From assembly GCA_039918735.1 (NCBI GenBank), contig JBDSGZ010000026.1:1-35294 (forward strand): DNA of 35,294 nucleotides. The letters run 5' to 3'. The stretch comes from Ginsengibacter sp. (GTDB lineage Bacteria; Bacteroidota; Bacteroidia; Chitinophagales; Chitinophagaceae). The position numbers and the translations under genes are program-made. Of the stretch, positions 29,562 through 35,294 are shown piece after piece. Each line of letters begins with the position of its first letter. Positions within the stretch are counted from its first letter, which is position 1. The notes under the pieces were generated by a model. That model saw nothing but the letters and a program-made list of their open reading frames with translations. It was not told where the DNA came from and ran no database searches.

Positions 29562-29602
29562 AGCCACACTCCCAAAGTCTATTTGATCTCTCTCCCATTT
29601 TC

Positions 29603-29761
29603 ATGATACACGAATCTTCACGGAAATATTTTTCGTTAGAAATTTTTTTAGCGGATTTATTGATCAGCCATGATCTGGTTGGAATACAACAAACCCCTCA
29701 AGGATTTCCAATTGTTGCGATTCTTGATTCTGACCCGAACTGCGAAGATTTTTTCGAGTAG
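29603..29761 (+). CDS. Possible 52-aa small ORF
   Basis: MIHESSRKYFSLEIFLADLLISHDLVGIQQTPQGFPIVAILDSDPNCEDFFE; fills the gap before the terminator. No homology recognised. Confidence 0.2.
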   Translation: MIHESSRKYFSLEIFLADLLISHDLVGIQQTPQGFPIVAILDSDPNCEDFFE

Positions 29762-29769
29762 ATTAAATC

Positions 29770-29812
29770 AAAAAAGCCCGTTTCAATTATTATTTATTGA
29801 AACGGGCTTCTT
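29770..29812 (-). terminator. Rho-independent terminator of gap (probably bidirectional)
   Basis: 14-bp perfect stem AAGCCCGTTTCAAT / ATTGAAACGGGCTT with an 8-nt loop. The A-run on the left gives a U-tract on the minus strand. Confidence 0.88.
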
Positions 29813-29833
29813 ATAAAAATCTGTAATCTTATT

Positions 29834-30847
29834 TTATTTCTTTATCAGGCTGTCCATGTAGCTCACGGTCCTTACCAACTGCGAAACATAACTCATTTCA
29901 TTATCGTACCAACTTACAGTCTTTACAAGTTGGGTATCACCAACTGTCAACACCTTTGTCTGAGTGGCATCGAATAAAGATCCGTAATGAATTCCTATCA
30001 CATCGCTGCTTACGATTTCATCTTCAGTATATCCAAAGCTTTCATTTGAAGCTGCTTTCATTGCTGCGTTAACTTCTTCTATTGATGTTTTTTTCTTCAA
30101 TACGGTTGAAAGATCAGTGAGTGATCCTGTAATTACGGGAACCCGTTGAGCAACACCATCAAGCACGCCTTTTAGTTCAGGTAATACAAGCCCAATGGCC
30201 TTTGCTGCCCCGGTACTATTGGGAACAATGTTCGCAGCGGCAGCTCTTGCCCTTCTCAAATCGCCCTTAGCGTGAGGAGCGTCCAATGTATTTTGGTCAT
30301 TCGTGTAAGCGTGAATTGTGGTCATAAAACCTGCTGCAATACCAAATGTATCGTTCAAAACTTTCGCCATCGGAGCCAGGCAGTTAGTAGTGCAGGATGC
30401 ACATGAAATGATTGTTTCTGAACCGTCGAGAATTTCGTGATTAACATTGAAAACGATTGTCTTCAAATCCCCGGTTCCCGGAGCAGAGATTACCACTCTT
30501 TTCGCGCCTGCTGAGATGTGCGCCGCCGCTTTTTCTTTATCTGTAAAAAAACCGGTGCTTTCTATTACAACATCCACGTCATGCTTTCCCCAAGGAATTT
30601 GTGCAGGATCTTTTTCCTTATATATCATGATTTCTTCGCCGTTTACAACGATCGAATTTTCTTTGCTCGTAACTTCTCCATCAAACCTGCCTTGTGCACT
30701 ATCATACTTTAGTAAATGTGCCAAAACCTTTGGACTTGTCAAATCATTGATAGCTACCACATCAATTCCTTCCATGTTATAGATCTGCCTGAAAACCAAC
30801 CGGCCAATTCTTCCGAAACCATTAATAGCAACTTTTGTCGTGCTCAT
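29834..30847 (-). CDS. gap: Type I glyceraldehyde-3-phosphate dehydrogenase
   Basis: [28 protein letters not shown] and WYDNE. Confidence 0.99.
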   Translation of the reverse strand: MSTTKVAINGFGRIGRLVFRQIYNMEGIDVVAINDLTSPKVLAHLLKYDSAQGRFDGEVTSKENSIVVNGEEIMIYKEKDPAQIPWGKHDVDVVIESTGFFTDKEKAAAHISAGAKRVVISAPGTGDLKTIVFNVNHEILDGSETIISCASCTTNCLAPMAKVLNDTFGIAAGFMTTIHAYTNDQNTLDAPHAKGDLRRARAAAANIVPNSTGAAKAIGLVLPELKGVLDGVAQRVPVITGSLTDLSTVLKKKTSIEEVNAAMKAASNESFGYTEDEIVSSDVIGIHYGSLFDATQTKVLTVGDTQLVKTVSWYDNEMSYVSQLVRTVSYMDSLIKK

Positions 30848-30877
30848 AACTTATTATTTTATTTTAGAATTAAGGTG

Positions 30878-30906
30878 CAAAAGTACATCTTGTGAAAGAA
30901 ATCACT
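30878..30906 (-). promoter_or_regulatory. gap promoter (TACTTTTG at 30878-30885) with an adjacent CRP/FNR-like palindrome
   Basis: TGTGA-AAGAAA-TCACT at 30891-30906 matches 9 of 10 positions of TGTGA-N6-TCACA. Confidence 0.5.
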
Positions 30907-30948
30907 GTGACAAAAATGATGGGAATCTATTTGAAAAGCGGGCCTGAT

Positions 30949-31554
30949 TCAAACGTTTTTACCGCTCACGAACTTATTGTCCTTTACATAGAATCTGTAT
31001 GGGAGTAATGCATCGGCTCCCGCGCTTTCTACTCCTATCCGCGCACTTATTCCTATGCTCTCACTGCCAGGCCGAAAACCGTCATCCGCGACGTATAATT
31101 GAGAGCTATTGAGCTCTGTTCCCGAATGATGTTTGAAAATTCCAAGTGCTTTTCCTAAATTTCCCGGGCCCCGTGTCAGCGTCCTGTCCAATTCTTTTTT
31201 GCCACTGCGCTGCAGCATCAGTTCTACTCCTTCTAAAGGTTCCACTGCGCGGATCAATACAGCATCCGGAGCGTCTTTATCGTTTGTAACCACATTCAAC
31301 ATTTGGTGCAATCCATAGCAGACATACACATAAGCAATGCCAGCGCTGCCATACATATGTTCGTTGCGGGCAGTACGCCTACCATTATAAGAATGCGATG
31401 CTTTGTCCGTAACACCCACGTACGCTTCTGTTTCTACAATTCTTCCTGAAGTACGCTGGCCATCGAAGTTTGTCACAATTATTTTTCCTAAAAGATCTTT
31501 GGCGATCTCTGCAACGTTGTTTCGTTTATAAAATGAAAGGGTTAATTTTTTCAT
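30949..31554 (-). CDS. mpg: DNA-3-methyladenine glycosylase (AAG/MPG family)
   Basis: GRIVETEAY, AYVYVCYGLH, AVLIRAVEP, RGPGNL and RIGV..PYRF. Start moved to MKKLTL. Confidence 0.93.
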   Translation of the reverse strand: MKKLTLSFYKRNNVAEIAKDLLGKIIVTNFDGQRTSGRIVETEAYVGVTDKASHSYNGRRTARNEHMYGSAGIAYVYVCYGLHQMLNVVTNDKDAPDAVLIRAVEPLEGVELMLQRSGKKELDRTLTRGPGNLGKALGIFKHHSGTELNSSQLYVADDGFRPGSESIGISARIGVESAGADALLPYRFYVKDNKFVSGKNV

Positions 31555-31666
31555 AAAGATTGCTTTACTGCCTGTTCCTTCACTATTGCAGGGCAGGTAA
31601 TTTGTAAATGTAAAGCAGATTATATTTTTTAAGTTTGATAGTCTTTGTAACATTAAATCACGCGGT

Positions 31667-32461
31667 TTGCTCCAGGAAATAATAACAGCGATACAGGCAT
31701 ACATGGCAGCACACAGGTTTGTTATTCGCAACAAACTTTGGAAGTGGATCCTGGTTCCGGGAATTATCTACGCCGTGTTATTTGTGGCCGGCTTTTATTT
31801 TTTCTGGCATTCTTCAGCTTTTGTGATTGATTATTTTTTTTCAAAAACAGGAATTAAAGGTTGGATGCAAAAAGATCATGGAAACCTTTTGAGGTTCTTT
31901 TTTGTTTTTGGACAGATCGTTTTGCAACTCATTTTCATGTTCTTTTATTTTTCATGGTTCAAGTATTTGTTCCTGATAATTGGATCTCCTGTTTTCGCAT
32001 GGTTGAGTGAAAGGACCGATAGAGTCATTAATAACAAATCCTATCCTTTCAATTTCGCTCAATTCTTCAAAGACATTCTTCGTGGTATCAGTATCGCTTT
32101 TCGAAATACGCTCTGGCAAACTGTTTATACAATTTCTATATTAATTATAGCTCTTATTCCCATAGTGGGTTGGGTCACTCCGGTGTTCGCCCTGCTAATC
32201 GAATGTTATTACCTGGGTTTTTCCATGCTCGATTATACAAGTGAAAGACGAGGATTGTCGCCATCAGAAAGCATTGATTTCATCGGGGACCATAAGGGCC
32301 TTGCTATTGGGAATGGTATGGTGTTCTATTTGTTGCATTTGCTTCCTGTCATAGGCTGGGTGATCGCCCCGGGATACGCAGTAATCGCAGCAACACTCTC
32401 CCTTCAATCGCAGCAGAATACTTCTGAAAGCCTTTCAATCGCGGAGGTCAATAAATTATGA
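31667..32461 (+). CDS. EI24/CysZ-like membrane protein
   Basis: Hydrophobic protein with IIGSPVFAWLSE, IPIVG and YYLGFSMLDY..ERR motifs; TTG start; TAAGTTTG box at 31630-31637. Confidence 0.78.
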   Translation: MLQEIITAIQAYMAAHRFVIRNKLWKWILVPGIIYAVLFVAGFYFFWHSSAFVIDYFFSKTGIKGWMQKDHGNLLRFFFVFGQIVLQLIFMFFYFSWFKYLFLIIGSPVFAWLSERTDRVINNKSYPFNFAQFFKDILRGISIAFRNTLWQTVYTISILIIALIPIVGWVTPVFALLIECYYLGFSMLDYTSERRGLSPSESIDFIGDHKGLAIGNGMVFYLLHLLPVIGWVIAPGYAVIAATLSLQSQQNTSESLSIAEVNKL

Positions 32462-33153
32462 ATATGGTTTATCTCGTACCTTCTTTTTTGTCTCCCGATG
32501 CCATCGACACGATACCTGCTTCTGTATTACCCGCTATCAATAACAGCCAGGTAATTTTTGCGGAAAACGAAAGAACTGCAAGGAGATTTTTGAAAAGCTT
32601 ATCAAAGGAAATAGTAATTGACAAGTTTGAATGGTTTACTATTCATAAGGCAGAGCAAGCCCAGGTCGAAACTTTCAGAAAGAAAATCAAGGAGAACAAA
32701 AACATTGCAATCATTAGCGAAGCAGGTTGTCCGGGGATTGCAGATCCGGGACAGATCCTGGTCCGGGAAGCTCAAAAATTAAAGGTGGTAGTTAAGCCGC
32801 TCACAGGACCTTCTTCAATCATCCTTGCTTTAATGGCGAGCGGACTCAATGGGCAAAAATTTTGTTTTAATGGATACCTGCCTATTGACAACGTAGAACG
32901 AAACAAGAAGATAAAGCAACTGGAAGAGGAATCTATAAAAAGTGAAACAACCCAGGTCTTTATTGAAACACCTTTTCGAAATAATAAAATGCTTGAAGCG
33001 CTATTAAAAAATTGCAGACCCTCCACGCATTTATGCATCGCGGTAGATATTACCTCCTCCAATGAAAGTATTCAAACCAGAACAGTGATGGAATGGAGAA
33101 TTGATCAGCCTGATTTAAACAAACGGCCGACAATTTTCCTCTTCCTGGGATAA
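32458..33153 (+). CDS. SAM-dependent methyltransferase of the tetrapyrrole-methylase / RsmI-like family
   Basis: ENERTARRFL, ISEAGCPGIADPG, GPSSIILALMASG, FNGYLP and FIETPFRN. Lacks the canonical RsmI TPIGN start motif, so it is probably the paralog. Confidence 0.85.
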   Translation: MNMVYLVPSFLSPDAIDTIPASVLPAINNSQVIFAENERTARRFLKSLSKEIVIDKFEWFTIHKAEQAQVETFRKKIKENKNIAIISEAGCPGIADPGQILVREAQKLKVVVKPLTGPSSIILALMASGLNGQKFCFNGYLPIDNVERNKKIKQLEEESIKSETTQVFIETPFRNNKMLEALLKNCRPSTHLCIAVDITSSNESIQTRTVMEWRIDQPDLNKRPTIFLFLG

Positions 33154-33189
33154 GGATGAATGATTTGAAGACTGAACAAATTCATGATA

Positions 33190-34206
33190 TTAAAATAGCA
33201 ATGATCCTTTTGAATTGTTGTGGGGGAGTTTTCCGAGATGGGTATATGCTTTGGCAGTTACTTCCCGTCCACGCGGAGTACGCATGATAAATCCTTGCTG
33301 GATTAAAAATGGTTCGTACACTTCCTCAAGGGTTCCTGTCTCTTCGCCTACGGCTGTGGCAATGGTGGTAATACCGACCGGGCCGCCTTTGAATTTTTCA
33401 ATGATTACTGAGAGAATCCGGTTGTCCATTTCATCAAGACCGTATTCGTCCACATTGAGGGCTTTCAATGCATGCCTTGTTATAGCAAGATCAATCACTC
33501 CATTTGATAGCACTTGCGCAAAATCCCTGACTCTTCTTAGCAAGCCATTTGCGATTCTCGGCGTACCGCGGCTCCTGCCTGCAATTTCAGTTGCTGCATC
33601 CGAAGTGATCTTTGAACTCAGAATGGAAGCCGATCTTATAATTATTTTTTGCAGCGTTGCAGCATCATAGTATTCCAGTCTTGACTTTATGCCGAATCTT
33701 GAGAGAAGAGGTGAGGTCAACAATCCACTCCTGGTTGTTGCGCCGATCAAAGTAAAAGGGTTTAGATTGATCTGCACACTTCTCGCATTAGGCCCGGTAT
33801 CAATCATGATATCGATCCGGTAATCTTCCATCGCGGCATACAGGTATTCCTCCACTACATTACTGAGCCGGTGAATTTCATCAATGAATAAAACATCTTT
33901 TGCTTCGAGGTTGGTCAGGAGTCCTGCGAGGTCGCCGGGCTTTTCGATTACCGGGCCGCTCGTTTCCTTAATATTAACTCCCAATTCATTTGCCACAATC
34001 CTGCTCAGTGTTGTCTTTCCCAATCCCGGAGGTCCATGAAAAAGAATATGATCCAATGCCTCTTCGCGTTGCCTGGCAGCTTTGATAAAAATCCTGAGAT
34101 TTTCAATGATCTGTGCCTGCCCGCTAAACTCTTCGATTACGGCTGGTCTTATATTATTTTCAAATTCCTTTTCTGCAGGAGTTAAGATGTCTTTTTCTGT
34201 TTTCAA
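33190..34206 (-). CDS. ruvB: Holliday junction branch migration helicase RuvB
   Basis: [32 protein letters not shown] and [17 protein letters not shown]. The start is uncertain (TTG at 34206 versus an out-of-frame ATG at 34222). Confidence 0.98.
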   Translation of the reverse strand: MKTEKDILTPAEKEFENNIRPAVIEEFSGQAQIIENLRIFIKAARQREEALDHILFHGPPGLGKTTLSRIVANELGVNIKETSGPVIEKPGDLAGLLTNLEAKDVLFIDEIHRLSNVVEEYLYAAMEDYRIDIMIDTGPNARSVQINLNPFTLIGATTRSGLLTSPLLSRFGIKSRLEYYDAATLQKIIIRSASILSSKITSDAATEIAGRSRGTPRIANGLLRRVRDFAQVLSNGVIDLAITRHALKALNVDEYGLDEMDNRILSVIIEKFKGGPVGITTIATAVGEETGTLEEVYEPFLIQQGFIMRTPRGREVTAKAYTHLGKLPHNNSKGSLLF

Positions 34207-34414
34207 AATCTTGACTGGGCATTATAATTGTGAACATTGTAAAGCTAAACTTTTCCCCTGATTGGATTTTGTCTTAAAGAATTTTCCTATTTGGGAAATT
34301 GAGAAGTCTTGCCATTTTTTTTAAATGCACTGTCCGCAAATGTTTCTTTAAATTGTCTCAAACAGGGAACGTTCGGTGAGAAATGTCATTGAGCATTAAT
34401 GATAAAAAGGAGAT

Positions 34415-35294
34415 ATGCAGCAGTCAATAAAGCTTGGTATTCTTGATCAATCGATAGTAAGAGAGGGGTTCACTGCACAAGAAGCGATTGAAGAAACAAT
34501 TGCAACAGCAAAGCTCGCTGAAGAGCTGGGCTATAGCCGGTTTTGGGTTTCTGAACATCATAACGCACCATCCATTGCGGGTTCCACACCCGAGGTATTG
34601 ATGGTAAAACTTGCGGACGAAACCCATAGTATCCGGATAGGATCTGGTGGAATCATGCTACCCAATCACAGTGCTTTGAAAGTAGCTGAGAATTTCCGGA
34701 TGCTTGAAACACTTTTTCCCGGTCGCATAGACCTCGGTATTGGCCGGGCGCCAGGCGGGGACCGTATCACAGCAGCGTTATTAAATCCATCGAACGATTT
34801 CAATGAAGACAGTTACCTGTTGCAGCTATCGCATCTTCAGCATTACTTTAATGATACTGCAGCTACATCCTATGGACACGATTGCTTGAGGTGCCACAAT
34901 CAGGCAGCACTCCCATGCAATAGATTCTTAGCAGCAGCGGTGGAAGCAGCAGGATCGCCGCAAGTTTTGGAATGGGTTTGGTTATTGCCCGGTTTATAAA
35001 TGGAAATGCCGGTTCGGACATTGCACAGGCCTACAGAGAAAATTTCAAACCATCCGAACATTTCCAACATCCTGAAGTGATGCTTTCTATTTCTATATTG
35101 TGCGCAGACACGGAGGAGAAAGCAAGCCAGATGCGTAAGCTTATGGATTACCGGCTGCTCCAGTTTGAAAAAGGAAATTTTGAAAAACCTTCCAATTATG
35201 AATCAATAAAAAGTTACAATTTTTCGCCGGCAGAACTGGAGAGAATCCGTTTCAATGCAGGCCGAGTGATCTCTGGAACCAAAGAGCAGATAAA
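34415..35294 (+). pseudogene. LLM-class flavin-dependent oxidoreductase (luciferase-like), frameshifted with an in-frame stop; runs off the right edge
   Basis: N-terminal RFWVSEHH, IRIGSGGIMLPNH and PGRIDLGIGRAPG motifs. Homology-like sequence continues in another frame after about 34878 (RLLEVPQSGSTPMQ*ILSSSGGSSRIAASFGMG...FKPS...CADTEEKA...), with TAG at 34921-34923. This may be an assembly error. Confidence 0.7.

Noticed and set aside
31561-31617. Inverted repeat TGCTTTAC/GTAAAGCA between mpg and the EI24 gene as a MITE or terminator
   Set aside because: It is single-copy, with no U-tract and no target-site duplication; at most a leader hairpin or operator.
34407-34414. AAGGAG Shine-Dalgarno before the LLM gene as a sign of foreign origin
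   Set aside because: It is only 2 nt from the ATG, which is too close for a functional SD, and there is no evident compositional shift.
34921-34923. In-frame TAG as stop-codon reassignment or pyrrolysine
   Set aside because: gpx, ricT and eno end normally at TAG, the position corresponds to an expected Trp, and a frameshift lies next to it.

Overview
Gene-dense, AT-rich core-genome segment of a Bacteroidota bacterium, most like Chitinophagaceae. The assignment is inferred from about a dozen TAnnTTTG (-7) promoter boxes just upstream of start codons, the general absence of Shine-Dalgarno sites, gldA, and the DUF4271-hemD and holB-ricT gene pairs. The window contains a TonB-dependent receptor plus a truncated 2TM gene, radA-comF, a beta-helix lipoprotein, gpx, holB-ricT-gldA-eno-ftsB, a 78-aa small protein, nth, a lone 2-oxoacid oxidoreductase alpha subunit and a FUSC protein. 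It continues with a heme cluster (AraC, hemJ, hemH, hemA-C-D-E, hemW, Omp85-DUF4271-hemD2), gap, mpg, an EI24/CysZ protein, an RsmI-like methyltransferase, ruvB and a disrupted luciferase-like monooxygenase at the right edge. I saw no mobile elements, CRISPR arrays, tRNAs or rRNAs. The best unexplained signals are (1) a roughly 55-nt candidate sRNA with its own promoter and terminator upstream of radA, whose GGUUAG-containing seed matches the 5' UTR of the 2TM gene, (2) a roughly 230-nt structured leader ahead of ricT, (3) an AraC regulator with a five-Cys motif beside the heme genes, with a candidate direct-repeat operator between hemH and hemA, and (4) a clamp-binding-like LDLF insert in HolB. 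All family calls are by motif recognition; no database searches or folding programs were run.
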